DNA from: Catajapyx aquilonaris
Taxonomy: Eukaryota
Length of the DNA: 52,719 bases
Assembly (NCBI GenBank): GCA_000934665.2
Contig: JYFJ02002688.1
Span: 1-52,719 of the forward strand
Reading direction: 5' to 3'
In this document: positions 37,543 to 52,500 of the stretch, one piece after another
Layout of the letters: each line of letters starts with the position of its first letter
Numbering within the stretch: the first letter of the stretch is position 1
Position numbers and translations under genes: made by a program
Notes under the pieces: model-generated
Told to the model about the DNA's origin: nothing
The model's input: only the letters and a program-made list of their open reading frames with translations
Databases searched by the model: none

Positions 37543-37578
37543 ATGAACTCGCTTAGGAAATGGCTCTACAAGCCCAAG
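37543..37578 (+). CDS. ZFYVE28: Lateral signaling target protein 2 homolog (FYVE protein), first coding exon MNSLRKWLYKPK; remainder probably beyond the window
   Basis: ATG...CCCAAG|GTAAAA; the peptide matches, from recall, the N-terminus of LST2/ZFYVE28 (human MMNRFRKWLYKPK). The expected next exon (LLAxFxxAD-like) was not found in 37.6-52.7 kb. Confidence 0.85.
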
Positions 37579-40500
37579 GTAAAATATTTAAACATATATT
37601 CTTAAGGATAAAGAGACAGAGAGAGTTGCTGCCGTGTACTGGTATCAGGCCTACTCTGAATGGTAGCGGGTAACAAACCGTTAATTCGCGGATTTTCACC
37701 AGCTGATATTATGCAGATGTGACAATAAAATTGCGGTTAGGTATGCCTGACGTCAGTTGCAGAGATTTGTTGAAAGCTCAGGTATTGATAAGTTCAAGAT
37801 TACGTCGCCTTTGTTGTCACTAAGCCACATACTCATTAATGATTAAAAAATTGTGGCGAACTTGTTTAAAAATTGGAGTGTTGTAGGATGTGCAAAATCA
37901 CACATTTTGATTTGCGGGCAGCAGAATCATGTGCTGAACTGGAGTGGGGATTTCCCCCTTTTCTTAAATTAATGGCAGCTATTAATCGTTTGACAACAAC
38001 AAAAAAAATAGTGTTACTTTTTGTAATGACCGAGAGTAAAGAAAGAAAACCCGAACCTGTTTGTCAGATGACATATTGCAAATAGAAATCGGAATAGTCT
38101 ATGATTTCATCAGAGAAATTGCAATAATAAATTGCTGTGGACTAGTTGTTTTTTTTGTTTATATTGTGCTAGCATTTAGTGACAGCTATGGTAAATAATT
38201 GCACATAATTGCTGCGAATTGTGGGGAGTTTGTACATGGTAAGTTAGCAGCAACAAAGCCGGCCACAATAATCCAGTAGCCATTGGTTTCTCTATGGTTG
38301 TAAAAGCTACGAATTGCTTAACAGAAGAATATTTATATTTGAAATAAGCCTTAGGGAAAACCACCAGAAGAATATTATTTTTCTAATATGTAGTTACTAC
38401 TCAAAATTATTATTATTTCGACCCGACGTCCGATAGGAATAGGCAAAAAATGCGTGAAATATCTCACCTGATTTGAAATAAAATAGTTCCGCCTTAATTA
38501 AAATTTGTATTCAAATTAACGATTTAATTGAGATGTCACGAAGGATTGCGGGCGTTACTTCACATGTACTACAGTACAAATTGAGGTGGAAAAACTGCTT
38601 GAAATAATTTTTCAATCATAACACGCCCACTGAATCCAACAGTAATTTGCACATACACACTGCTGCGCTAATATTGAATCCAAGCCAAAGAGCTATGAGG
38701 TCAAAATTTGGCTTCCTTTATTTGCCCAATTTTGAGACAACATTTTTATTTGAGGCAAGGGTTGAGAGGAAGCTTTCTAATACCCACTGTTAACAGGTAA
38801 TGGGAATCGGAAAGTAGGACGCGCATGCACTGGAAGTTTAGATGCCGCGTTTTTGCTGCTTCCTCGTTGAATGTAGGCCTTGAGGATGGCCGTGGCGACT
38901 TTTTTTGTCCTCCGGATGAATTTTTATAACGTTTTTTTTTCTTCTTCTTCTTCTCCGTGGCCTACAGTGTTAGTTGGTAGTGAAGATCTACGCAGGGGCA
39001 TCTGTCATTGTAAACCCGAGAAATGACCAGTCACCGAGACCATTACAAAACCGCGAGCTCTGGCAGAAATCTTTCAGAGCGAGGAAAAAAAATCTCCTCT
39101 CCAAACCGTTGTTGGCAAATCATGATATGGCCGATTATTTTGCGATTAGCAGTCAAGGCCGAACCTGCTTGGAAAGGTGCGAATTTTTTTTTGCGCCTGT
39201 AAACGTTGCCTAGGTTGATCGCCAGCAGCATGTGCGTTTTGTACGCACAAGATCACCTAGGCAGTGAATGTTGTGACGAATGTGTGTTGGAGACCGGGAG
39301 AAAGGTGGTTTCCTAGTCGTGAATTAATTATAGCTGATTGTCTATCAGTCAGCTGGGGGAAACAACAGGGCAGGCGGTTACAGGAGGAAACAATGACCAT
39401 TTGCACTTGTAGTGACGGCAACATCGCCTTGAAGCTGTTGACCACATAAGAGATAAGACCGATAAAGCAAGGACTCATTTTAAAAAATTGGAAATATGAT
39501 GCCTCCAAAGCAGGTTGAATGACACCGAATCCTTTTTTGGTGACGAGATTTACGTGAATGGCCAACCGGCTCCTCCAAGTAGGATAGTAGGATACGAAAA
39601 TGACAACTGGTGATGAGTAAAAGCGGAAAAAGAAGGTTGATAAGAAAAAAAAGAGGAGCCGCTTTTCTCTTGGAAGCGCGTCATTACCGCCGATGACTTG
39701 ATCGATTTCGTCACTAAGGTAGTTTGTCGTCGGATTATTTTTGCTGCAGACTGTCGTTTCCAACGAGACGCCCTACTTTGATTCAAATTGATCAATTTAG
39801 GAAGCCCCCAACCCACGGGTGATAGGATACACACACCGTAGCTGGGAAGAGTTGGGGGGGAGAGAACCGTTATTATGGCTTCGAGAAAGAAAGAAAAAGG
39901 GGGAAAAAAGTTCATTTCACCACTGTTTTTTCTTCGGTGGTGAACCGCGAAAAGAACCGTCGGTCGATCCCTAGAATGGCTATCAATGGGTTTCGGCTGG
40001 AAACGACCGCGGGACAATCGTAGTCCCGGGTTAATAAACCCTGGGTTTAAAATTGGACGTCACGGGGAGGTTATCGGCCACGTATCCGGTAACCAGTCAT
40101 ATCTAGAGGGGGGGGGGAAAGGTTCAATCGACGTCTGGTCGGTTGCCGCCAAAAGGACGTCGTTATGGCGACCAATCTGAACATCCAGATGAATATTGAA
40201 AAAAGGAGACCTGTCAAGAGTCACGCGCTGTCAAAATTGGTTTAGACATTGCATGTTTTTCAAGTAAAATTCCCTTGATTAAAAAAGGGGGGGCATTGTC
40301 ATAATGACATTTTGATGTCACTTCAACTTTCTAAAAAAAATTAATGATGCAGATCAGTCACAGTCATCTGCAGGCACCGAATTTTCCAGTTACATCTCGA
40401 AAGCATTGGATTTTGTCTCGGTGAGGTTCGGATTTTCGACTGGTGAATCCCTCTATATTATTCATAAAAATCATGAAAATGGTCTGTTTATAGACTGAGG

Positions 40501-43500
40501 GGAAAAAGGGATGCAAATATGATGACGTCAGTTCAAATAAGGAGTCACGGGCCACATATAGATATGAGCTTATTCTGGGCCACTTCCACTGCCATGTCAC
40601 GGGCGGTCACGCAGAGGCTTCCTTGACTCTATTTTTTTCGTACAAATTGATGGGTATTGATTTAATACACCATTAAAACGCAAACGCTTTTTGTACGCGC
40701 ATATTCAGGGTGATGTGACTCATCCTGGAGGACAGATGACCCGTGAAGCAGCGATGTTTGGCGGGTTGCCTTGCGGGCAGGATGTGCCATATGGCCAATT
40801 GCCGACAAAATTAAGTAGGATAAGTTACTCTTAAAAATATTCGCAAAAAATGCTAAATGAAGTGATCGCATTTCGTACCACCCTGTATTTGAAGGAATTC
40901 AGCTCTAGAAGTGCACCTTGACAATAATGGACTATATTGCGCCCACTATGTTTCATCACCCCCATTTTTGTCTGCCATTGTACCTACAATTAACCCGAGA
41001 CATCCAGGTACGCCCACGCGCAGCCATGTTGGCCTACTTTAATTTTTCATACAGGTACAGGATGGTGCACTGTAGGAGAGTGTTAGAAGACGTTATTTAT
41101 TTGTTTGTTTGTTTATTTAAAGGCAAGAGTTTTCTCCTTTTTTTCTGAATGCTGAAGTTAACAATCTGCAACTTCTCACCCAGGCAACTTTGTAACTGAC
41201 TGTGATATGTAGTGTACCCTACACATTTGAGTATACGAAGTGTTACATTTTAAAAAGAAGATTGTCGATTGCTGCAAGACCACATCCTCGAGAAGGCATT
41301 TCGAGCGTGGTAGTGCCATAAAAGAGAATATTCGTCTCTTTTTTTTTTGCCAGCACTATCATCATCATGGAAATACTCCGGCTCTTGGTCTTGGCTCTTC
41401 CTCATTGCTCTTGCGAGCCTCGTTCCTTTTTCGGTTCTGTGCTCAGACCAGCCAGACATTAGCATCCGACGGGCGTCCTAATTAGTGTCGCCACAACTGG
41501 GGGAGAACTCGAGACCGTGGCTCCGTTGGACGGTTTTTGGTAATACTAGCCCCCCTGTTGGGGCCACCACCACCTAGCTGTGGTGAAACTGTCGCGAAAA
41601 AGTCGTAAGGAGGACGCAACCTCCATCTCTCCTTGGTGGTAGTGTTGCTTTTTTTTCTTTTATTTAATTGACACGCCTTTCACCACACGCATGGGCGTCA
41701 GGAGTTATCCAAAAAAACATGGCAGTGGTAAACACATATCGCAGTGCGATCATACCTACAAGGCGTGAAATATTACGCGTATGTAGTTGGAGAAAGCGAA
41801 CAGGTGAAATGTACGTGCACATATTATTGTGGTCTAGACGGTTGCAAATGCACGACAGCCTGATTCCGGATTCAGTCTGGGTTTCCTTCTTGATTTATGG
41901 CTGGCAAGAGCTAAAAAGGGAATCGCGAGAAGTTGCAGCGGGATGGGAGTCTCCGCAACTGCTTTTCGCGAAAAGCTTGGGGAAGAGAATCTGGTCTCTC
42001 AAAAGCGGCTTCAAAATGCGGGACAACTGCGGTACTGGCTTCAGAGGATTGGGGTGGTTACGTCAGACCTTTCCTCCCCAGTTAACCGAAAACCGCTGTG
42101 GGAATGGCGGTTTTTTTTGGCTCTGATTTAGGACCGGTTTTATGACGACTGGTTACGTTTCTGACTGGCAGTTGAGGCACACTAACTGAACATTGATGGT
42201 TAGGGATTTTGGTGTTGTTGCAGGTTCGCAAACTGTTCAGGCGCATGTCCGATAAATGGAAGCGAGGGAGAAGTTATGGATCGTTTACCCCAGAAACCCC
42301 TTTTAAAGGGAAGCAACAGTCACGACAAGTGTGGATTACTTTGCGCTTAACACTTGTTGCTGGGTGAGTCAAATACTCATAAATTCTTCACCAACCCTGA
42401 ATGCGGCACAGATCATTCGTGTGATTTTTAGCAAATTTACCAATAACCTTAACCCACAAGTCAGCAGTTGATTTAACTTGCGGTAGAGCTTAACCTCAGG
42501 TTCATGAAAGCCGGCACTTAATTCCCGGTCCAAAAAAAAAAGTGGCAGTTTATGAGTGATTTGAAGGAGTGAGAGAAAAATTATTTCTTTGGGGGGCGTA
42601 TCTTCCTTGGCAGATACTCGATGCGACGTAGATCCGTTTTCTTCTTTCCTTCAAGAAAAAAAAGAGATAAATGAATCGAGCGAGATGGAATCCCCGCGAG
42701 GTTCACTCAGCCAGAAGGGTTTCTTATAATTATGTGATGCTATAGGGGCTATGGAGTACCGGAAAAGAGCGAAGAGGGATGTGTGTGTTTGGAAGAAAAA
42801 AAATCAGTGGTCTCCTTTTTTTTTTGACGGCTTATGTGCTAGCGAGCTATTATTTTAGCGACAAGGACGGTTTGAATAGAACAGCCGGCCTCTATTTTTA
42901 GACAGCACTCACTCTATTTGTATCCAATTCTAGGTCAGGGTAATTCTGAAACTACATTAGTTTCGGTCTCTATTTACATTCCTGAAACCCTTTCTGCAAA
43001 CATTGTAACTGGACACGGCCTGGCCTGATTGCTAAAAGGGCTGTGGCTTAAAACGGTGCAGTGTTGCGCAAGAGTGATCAGTGATTGGGTGTCACTTACT
43101 TAAGTGAGCCGGAATTGAAGTGAATAATTGATCTAATGTGGTGTCCTCCTATATAGCTCTTAGAGAATGGGGCCTTGGCTTGAGTAGAAGTTAGCCTAGT
43201 GATGCTCGTGTATATTTAGACCGAAAGAGTGCAAGGTCGAGAGAGTAAGCGAAAGAGGCAAAGGTCCAAAGCGCTTTGACTTGGAAAATAACAGTTAGGT
43301 CTCCGGCGGAACAGGAGCAGGAAAAGCAACGGATTCATTAGGAAATAATTGGATGCGAGTCCCCCTGCAGGGCAAGCAGAATAATAATAATAAAAAAAAC
43401 ACGAGGAGGAGGAGGAGGCGATGCTCTTGCCTGGAGGTGAATAACCCTTAACATGGTGAGGCGGGGTTATTCAATAACCCACATGCTTTCTGGACTCTCG

Positions 43501-46500
43501 TGCTTCTGCCCAGGAATCCGTATACACGGTCTGCGGAAAGCAATATGGAATTTTCGGATAAATGGTCGTGAACAATGGTCCTAATTACTAATGTTTGTGG
43601 GAAAGACAGGGGAAGGAGGGGTCGATGTATAGTATTTTTGTGGCCAGGTTAATCGCGTTTAATAAACATCTGCTCATAACAGGCAGGAAAGGCGCAATTA
43701 AAAAAAAAGAAAGGCAGCCTTAAAATTTCCTCAATATCTTCAACCTGAATTCACATTGCACAACTACGACTTAATTAATGCACTTAATAATAAACCGACG
43801 TAAAATTTAAAATTAAGTAATACAGTTTAATTAATAAACAAGGCATTGCAATAATACCAGGATTAGTGTAAATTTAAAATATTGCAATAAACATTTAGCA
43901 ACATAATCATATTTTCATATGAAATGGCTAGTTAGCGATGACACGTGTTAATAACAAAATAAAATAATAACTATCATGTGAACATGTTCATTATTTTGAT
44001 GAGGAGAAAGGGGACATAAAAATAAAGGATTTTAAGAAAATGATAAAATCTGATCATTAATGGGTTTGATAATTAGCGAGACTTCCGTGGACGTAGATGT
44101 TAACACGAGATACATTCCATGGGCACGTGCTGGTATTCCGGGATTTCCCCAACAGGAATCCGGTATTTGGCTGGGTGGCGTGACTTGGGCGTGGACAAGA
44201 CTCCGGGCAGGTGCGGAAAAAAAATGGGCGGGGTTGGGCGGAAGTCTTTGCAAAAATTGTTGCGTCCACATTTTTGCCGCCTCAGGCCGAATGGACCAGT
44301 GCGTCACGCATCCGAACGTCTTGACATCTTGCCCATTGTTTACATGTTGACGTCCTTCCTCTCTGCCTTCCCATTGTTTCTGCCAATAAACTACTTCCAG
44401 ATTTGCGAATATCTTTTGCACGAAATGCGGCTTCGGGCGGCAACCTTCATGCATTATTCACCCCCAACCGAATGCGGATACATTAGTAGAAGTACCAGAG
44501 TGAGAGAGTGAGAGAGAGAAAATCATTCAATCGCAAACCTTTTGTTCTCTTCGGCCTCCATTAGTCCATAAAAGCGTGGACGTCACTTTGCCGAAATAGA
44601 ATCCGCCGGTTGGGCTAGCTTTACTAAGAGGGAGTGAACCACCCCCGGTTGGAGAAGGCCACTGAATGCATTACACTCTCAAATACAGTGTGTTACAAAA
44701 TATAGAGTCGAATGAAGCGGGGAAAATCACTCGTGGCATACACAAAAGGCGCCAGACGGAAGCTGGAGCGGAAGAAAACCACTCAAACCGAGCCCTCCTA
44801 TATATATAAATCGACTCGAAATATTTGCAGTGTACATCAAAAGAAGCCACCGACAAAGCTGTTTTTTTCCCCCGCGAATACCAGTGGACAGAACATTATA
44901 GAGCAGCTTGTTGGGTTCGTGTCTGCGGCCAGTAATTTTTCAGTATTATTATCGGATATTACCCAGTCTATAAAGGGCACATGTAAAGTTAGGATCGCAC
45001 ATTTCTCTGGTGGAGAATCGCTTTAGATTCCCTCAGAGTAGAATCCGGAATTTCCCGGAATCATAAATCAAACTCTTGTTCCAATCCCCTCCAGATGTAA
45101 ATGTGCGCTAGTTAGTCTCCTGAGGAACACGAGTGTCTTATTTTCTCTCTTCATGGCCAGCATCCCTTCCCTGAAGAGTTGATTGAGAGCACAAGTTTCC
45201 TCCAAGGAGATTCCCGGAGAAAATTCCCTTCGCTCTTTATACGTACTATACACTACTACTATACTACTCCAGTTTCCATCTTTTCTCTTGCCGATCAATA
45301 CGGACCACTCTTGGTTGCACCTCACCCGAGGAGACAGTTACTTCGCGGTCCAAATCACAGAAGAGCGAGAGAGGAGCAGGGGGGAAAGAAGAAGAAGAAG
45401 GAGAGTCCATAAAAAATGGGGGAAACAGTTAAAATGGGGTTTTATAGTTGGATGCGTGTTACGTCGGTTATAGGCTTAGATCCATGCTCCTCTAATACAA
45501 GACAGGGTGCTGATCCAACAAGGAAGAGAAAGCTTCCCTATCATTTGGCAAAATACAGGCTTGGGGCACACATTTTATTATTTCTGTCACGACAAGCATC
45601 ACACGAGGAGGGGGCATAAAAAGACACACTTAAGCAGTTAACCAATATGAATAGCGTCAGATTTTTAACAAATGCTTTCACCTGACTGGAAATATTCAAA
45701 GTTGGACTACACAGTATTTTTCAGTGATTCCAGAACTTCATTATTTTATAGTAAATTGTTTGACCTTGATATTGCACTTGGTTTTATAGTTTTAGAACAG
45801 TTCGTGACTCATTTATTTAGGTGGAAATTTACAGCTCAGTGCGCCTACAGTTTATGTGGTTGGATTGACTTGGAACTGTTTGTGTACACAAACCATTCCG
45901 CGAACGATAGGCTTCGTTAGGTTGAATTTGCAGGGCTTTTTACACGGGATGGTAGTCTGACCTTATCTGTACAGTTGCGGATTTTTTTTTTCTTTTTTGC
46001 TTAGAACGGCTGGTTTTTTTGTGCTCAATTGTTGCGTCACCAATTGCCCGGAGTATCTCAATATTTTGGCTCGAGCTCCCGCAGAAATATTGAGGGCGGT
46101 GCCCTTCGTGCATATTATCCACCACACCCTGGCGTGGTCATGACCTCACCGTTCAGCAAATTAATTGGCAAAACGAGTTCGTATGTGCGAAAAGGCGCGC
46201 GCACACTCCTGCATCACAATGTGCAGTAGTTTTGCACATTATTTCGCGTGATAATCATTTGCGTATATACTTCATGGCGTCTCGACCTTCACCTCACGCC
46301 GCTGATGATGATTTTTTAGTTGCAAAAAAAAGGAGAAAAGGTTGCAGACAACGTCAGATGCTTGCAATGCTGGCAGTGCAAGGCATCATACACCTCTCCT
46401 AGCAATAAATTCGCACCATCGCATATCTGAATCAGCAGCCGAGGACAGCATTGACCTTCGCTAAACTCATACTATAGCTTTCCCCTTCCCACGCTTACTT

Positions 46501-49500
46501 ATATAAGTGCAAGTGTTGAGTCCAACATGCTCTGATCGCCTGATCAATCGAGATGGGAAACAAGCGTGTAGCCCGCAGATTTCTTTTTTGATTTTTTTTT
46601 TCGCACTTCTCATCGGAGTCGCGAAAGTCGGCGAGATTTTTTATTTTATTTTTTTTGACCTGCAAGGCAAGCTAGCTATAACGCAAATGCGGCGGAAAAT
46701 GAATCGATGGATCAAGATCCCATGGTACGATTGTGCTGCGGAGAAAAGACGGGTGTGCAAACTGCGGCAGGATCAGTTTCGCTGCGAAAATGGCCCAAAA
46801 AATTTATTGGCGAAAGTGGATTTTACCAAGTTGGAAAAAAAAAATCTCAGGCTTTAGCATAGGCTATAATAACGAATCACCCCGAAATGGACTCTGAAAT
46901 ATTTTACACGATTTTTACTCAATAATTATTATGAGTGACGGTTTTTCAGTGTTACTATTGGCTCCGTCCTCAATTGACAGGGTTTCTGGGGCAAGGCCCT
47001 CGAATGGGGTTGCTTTCAAACACAAATCCCATACCAACCCCAGGTGAGTCTCACTTACTCTTGTCATCTCAAAGAAGGTTGGTGGGAGACTTCTTTTCAT
47101 TCTTTTGGAGGAGAGACCTCCCCTCTTCCTCCCCTTCTGCTCCTTTTCATCTTCAAAACCCGTTTGCGAAAGCTGCAGAGAAAGGAGGCGGGGGAATGGC
47201 TCAGACTTTGGGGTAAGCAGCGAAAGGACGAAGGATGCGGCCTTGCTAAACTTTTCAGAAGGGTTAAAGTTTGTAGTTTAAGACCTCTCTCCAAGGCGGA
47301 AAATCTCTGTATATCTCTCGACTCATTTCTAGCCATGTAGCTCTAATCGTTACTTATCCCTGTAAGGTACATCCGTTTTGAAAAACTGCCCGCCAGCTAA
47401 AGAGTCAACTTTGAAATTTTAATTGGGAGTTAACGCTGCAAGGGGTAATTAATATTGCACTAAAAAGAGGCTGGGTTTACTATTATTGCATGGCCGGCTG
47501 TAACGCCACAATTTTGTGTGTACAATATGGTAATTTTTAATCGCTCGTGACGCGTTTTGGAAGTAACCAATTTATAACGATTGCATTAATCAAAATGGGA
47601 TTACAATACCGTGCGTTCCAATTAAAGTGTGTGGATATTTTTGCGCTAATCTGCTTGCTATTTGCATCATATATTTGCGAATATTATTTTGACAAGTCCT
47701 TAGAAAATACATTGCGGAAGAATCGCCAACTGACACATCAATCGGAACACTATGAAACATCAAGAGAGAGCAGTCTAGATGTGTCATTTGCAAAACAGCC
47801 CAAATGTCATGCAGAAATGGCAGAATAATTGTGCATAATGCGGAAGGAAAGCTGAGGGGTTATATTTCAGGTGCTTCAGCTTCCGGAAGGAACCGTTTTC
47901 ATGCCCGTTTATTCGATGTACACACACACATACACACACTTTGTGATCGTATAACCTCGAGGTTGTGACCATCTAACTGCATCCAGCTTTTCAACTTTCC
48001 CTCGAACTAACCGTGACTCCTGTACACCCCTTCCAACCCTCACCTTTTTGGCTGACCTGGAAAAAAAGGGTGCTCGATGTAGCAACAATGTTACACATCT
48101 GTCTATCACAGCTTTTAATCTTCCTTGCATTGCATTTACATGAATTTATCTACCCATCTGTTATACAGAGATGCGTGTACTAACACTATTGTACAGAATA
48201 TCTGACGGTTTTTTGGCGATGAGTAATTTTTTTTAAAAAGATATGTGAACATTGTTGCTTCTGCTGTTTAGTATGGCGGACACTAAAATCTGGAATAGAA
48301 AGCGGCTTGTCTGGACTGCTCAGAAAACCTGTTCGAGCAACCAAAACAGTAGCATGTACCTTAGCTAGGGATGGGACCTGTCCGAAGAGCAGTTTTTTTT
48401 AAAGTCGGAAATCGGCGATTGTTGTTCGGGCGGGTCTCGTGCTCACGATATACTTTTTTTCTTTCTCTCTCTCTCTCTTGCAAATTTCAAACCTGGGTAG
48501 TAGAATGGTCGTATAAATAATTACTAATTATAGGTGCGGACTTTTGTGGCTTCTCTGGCCAACAGGTTTCTCTCTCGGCAACAAAAGACGCGAAAGGCTG
48601 ACTCGACCACTTCGATTGGCGAATATTTTTTTTGTGGTCGTACACTGCGAAACAGGTAGCACGTACAGGGTGTGGTGTAAATCTTACCAGTCAGGTGTTC
48701 GTCTTGTATCTGTGAAGCACCATCCGGCACTTGGGATGTTATTAAATTAATTATTACGCCTAGTCATCATGCTGAAAAATTTGGAGAAAATGGACTCTAC
48801 CTGTCAATAGAAAAATTTCCCCTGTCAAATCAGAAGCTGTCTGCGATATCAGGATTTTCATATCGCAAATCGATGTAGCATGCGGCATATCGAAAACCGA
48901 AAAAAATGCAAATCACGGTTTTGTAGATTTTGCAATAACTTATGTCTAAAATATGCTCGTAATATCGGAATATCACTGAGCACTTGTTGCGCCTGAATTT
49001 TCAATAATTTCCACCCCTAATTCAGTAGAAATTGGCAACTTGATTTTTTGTTTTACTTTTCTCGTGTGCCGCTAAATTGCGTGTAACGTACGGATATCGT
49101 GCTTTTAAAAAAATGCAATTTGGGAGTTGTAAATGCGGCAATATACGCTGCGGCTAATAATTATATTACTCTTTTGAGTACACAACTGACCCGCCCGCTT
49201 TTGCGTTTTGCCATAATTTTCCCCGCCTGCCTTCTCATGCATATCAGGTAAAATAGGAAAACACTGCAATTTGTGTCATGCAAAAAAAAAAAATTGCGGA
49301 TTTTCCATCAGGGTGACCGTTTCGCTATCAACACATTTACGCAATCCAAGCTATTCCAAAAGATAGGTTCTCAAACCCCCGTTAGCGCATTTGCGAAAAA
49401 AATAAATTTGGTTTTCAAATCTGCACCGTTTTATTCAGCACGTAAGTATTTTTCTCCCCCCATGGGCCTCGTCTGCATATCGATCACCGTCATCAGACCA

Positions 49501-52500
49501 AAGCCTCTCCCTAAATCAATTCGCGGTCACAAACCTGCTCCGAAGAAGGTGTTTCCCCCGACAAACACTATTCTAAAAACGGAGACCCCTGTAATTTCAT
49601 GCCGTGCCTGTCGCCTGACTTGACGAGAAATCAACCTTCTCATTAAAAACACCGCCTCAGGAGGGTGGCTGGGGAGTGGGGGGAAAAAGGCTACAAAAAA
49701 TATCAAAAAAACATTTTTTTTTAAAAAAAAAAGAGTAGTGAACATGATTTCTGGGGAAAACCTAGCTCGATAATTTTTTTCATATTAAATAGTAGTTCCT
49801 GTGAGAGCGTTAAAAGGAAACAGTATAAAATGCTGTGGTAGATGTGGGGCTTATTGGTTCCCTCGCGTGTGTTTTCTCGCGTGTGGGCCCAATATTTCCG
49901 AAGAGATAGTGTCTCGCTATACCTCTAAACTCGCCATTTCGCAAAAAGTCTCCCGGCCCAACCTTTGTGTGTATTTCTTCCATTTTTATTCCGCCTGTAT
50001 AAATGCTGAGAGGTTGATGCGATTAGTGTTAACAGCTTTTCGTAGCTATCTAATCGGCTTACTTGGCCGCGAGGTCGACCAAGGTGACAAGGTCCCTACT
50101 TTTTTTTGTGGCATTCTAAACGATGAGCTCATTTGAACTATTCGGGCTAAATTTTTATGTAAGAAGTGCAAAATAATTTGACATCTCAGTGATTATTAGC
50201 ACATCGTGACCCTCGAACCAATCTTCTGTAGGGGGAATAATCACCTTGTGTATAGCCCGCATCTTTCAGTGTGATGTATATGGCAGGCAGGGACGACGTA
50301 CCAATTTTAGCCTGAACATTGGAATGACCTCACATGAATCTCCTTTTGCGCGAGGTCAGGTATACAGCATGGAGCCAATCCAGGCCTTGACGTGCATGCC
50401 TCTGCCGCCCAGGGCTATTGACCCACCGAGAGAGAGAGAAGCCTTCGCAAAAACCTAAGCGAAAGACCGGTTTTCTGGCCGAGACGGAGAAAACTCGAGC
50501 CAACATTTCTCCGGAAGGTCAACAAAACTGCGCCGGTTTTTTCTTCGTCTTATTCTACAACACGTGACATGTTGAGATAAAATGCGGATGGCCCATAATA
50601 TTCCTAAGAGGTCAATCCCGCCCACTCTCTTTCGTAATAATCAGAATGGACAATGTTGGCCGGGTAATTAGCGCAATAAGGAGAGCGTGTTGCAGCACCG
50701 TCGTTCTTATCCTCTCATTTTCGTGACGTCCTCGACCTCTTCGGCCTCTATCTGGAGCTTTTTATTATATGCGAAGAGAGGATCTGACGGGCAAGACCCG
50801 GGCTATTTGGGACCCCTTTTGCAGGTGTTACTAGCCGACAAAAGCTGTGGGATATTAAATGCGGACTTGCGCAATCTCTGCTTGTTATGTGCAGGATATG
50901 AGGGGTAATACATGGGGAGGGGCCCCCCGCACTTTATATGCATATACCCTGAGAAAAGGGCCGTCATTACTGGATGACATTTTGAGCTGGTAGCTTGGAT
51001 GTTTTTTTTTTGGGGGGGGGGGGGACTCATTACCATATTTATTATTGGCTTAGGCCTGGATTTTCAGCCTTGAGACAATGTTATTACCAGCATAAATGGC
51101 TTGTTGTAGTGCGCCCAGAAATAGCGATATGTCGAAAATCATCAGTTATAATCACGGTTTGAATTCTTTGTGAAATGTATGTCAGTAATAAACAAGAGGA
51201 GCACAAATGTATAGCATAAATATCGTGCCATTCTGTGGGAGTTGTAACTCAACCTTGTAGTCATAAACTACTCGGAAAACCCAAACCATCATAATAGACA
51301 ATGCTGTGTACACAGAAGCCTATAGCCAGGTGTGTGCATGTAGACCACAATAGATCATATCCGACATGACATGCAAGTTGTCCTGAGAAAAATGGCAAAA
51401 AGCGATTGAATCAAATTTTTGATTATTTTGCATGTGGATATGTCGGATGAATATATACAGACGTGCTCACGTCGCGACTGTACAGAGCAATAAATTATTT
51501 GATGTCAGTTAGAGTATATTAGTGAGAGTTTGCGCTGTCATCAGATCGACGCTGCATTAAAGTGCCGTCAATGATAGTACAGGAAGGGTTCACAGATCTC
51601 ATTAGCACTGGTTAATAAACCAAATGAGCCGTGTTCTGTAAAGGTTGCAAGTGCCATCCAGGGCTTTTTTTTATTTTTGCGATGATCCTCTATATACGGA
51701 TGCTACTGATGCTCATCGAGCAATGTGCCATTTGCAAAATTTGCAGATAAACATGTACCCGTGCAATTAACATGTTGCAGACAGGGCACATTAACTTGGG
51801 GACTTCGGAAGCAGATGTTAAAACAACTTGCATATATACACTCGTCCTTGAATAGACTATTTGTGACGACAGTTAAACTATGTTGCATAAGGTTTTAAAA
51901 AATCAGCCATATTCACTCTGACGTTTAGGTCTGTCCACCACTCAACAGACGGCTATAACACATCTCCTAAAATATATTCTCTGAAAACAGTTCCTTATCA
52001 TAATACCAGCACGAGGACATATGTGTCATGTGAGTCCTGTGGGTTGAGTCACGTCTCATTACCACCGCACATACAGGGGTGTTATATTCCACTCCGTTGC
52101 CAGATTTCCGAACAAGCGCATCTTGGATGCTATTGGACGACAAATGAAAGTGGCCATGTTGTATCAGGTGCCGCCAGAGTTAAAAAGACTGACACTAAAA
52201 TTTTTGTGCTGTGTGGCTGCATAAAGGCGCGTTCTTGACGGCTCGGTTGGCTTAGCGGAACTATTTGGCTAATTAGTGACGTAATGTCCTGTGGTATCTG
52301 GTTCAGAACAAAAGGACGTCCCGGGTTCTTTAGCAGCAGGACAATAAAGATGCAAAAGTTCGCTGAAACTGATATAATATCAGTGTTGACATATGCTGCA
52401 CGTAACTTAGCGAAATAATGTGCTGGAGAAACATTCGAGATTGTCAATGCGTCACACATTTTATGACGTCCTCGTCTCGTCTAATCGACTTTTTCCCCCC

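Noticed and set aside
48100..48125. miR-2/13-like TATCACAGC (and similar seed-only matches such as TATTGCACTTG near 11769)
   Set aside because: Only the 5' part matches and no supporting precursor hairpin is evident.
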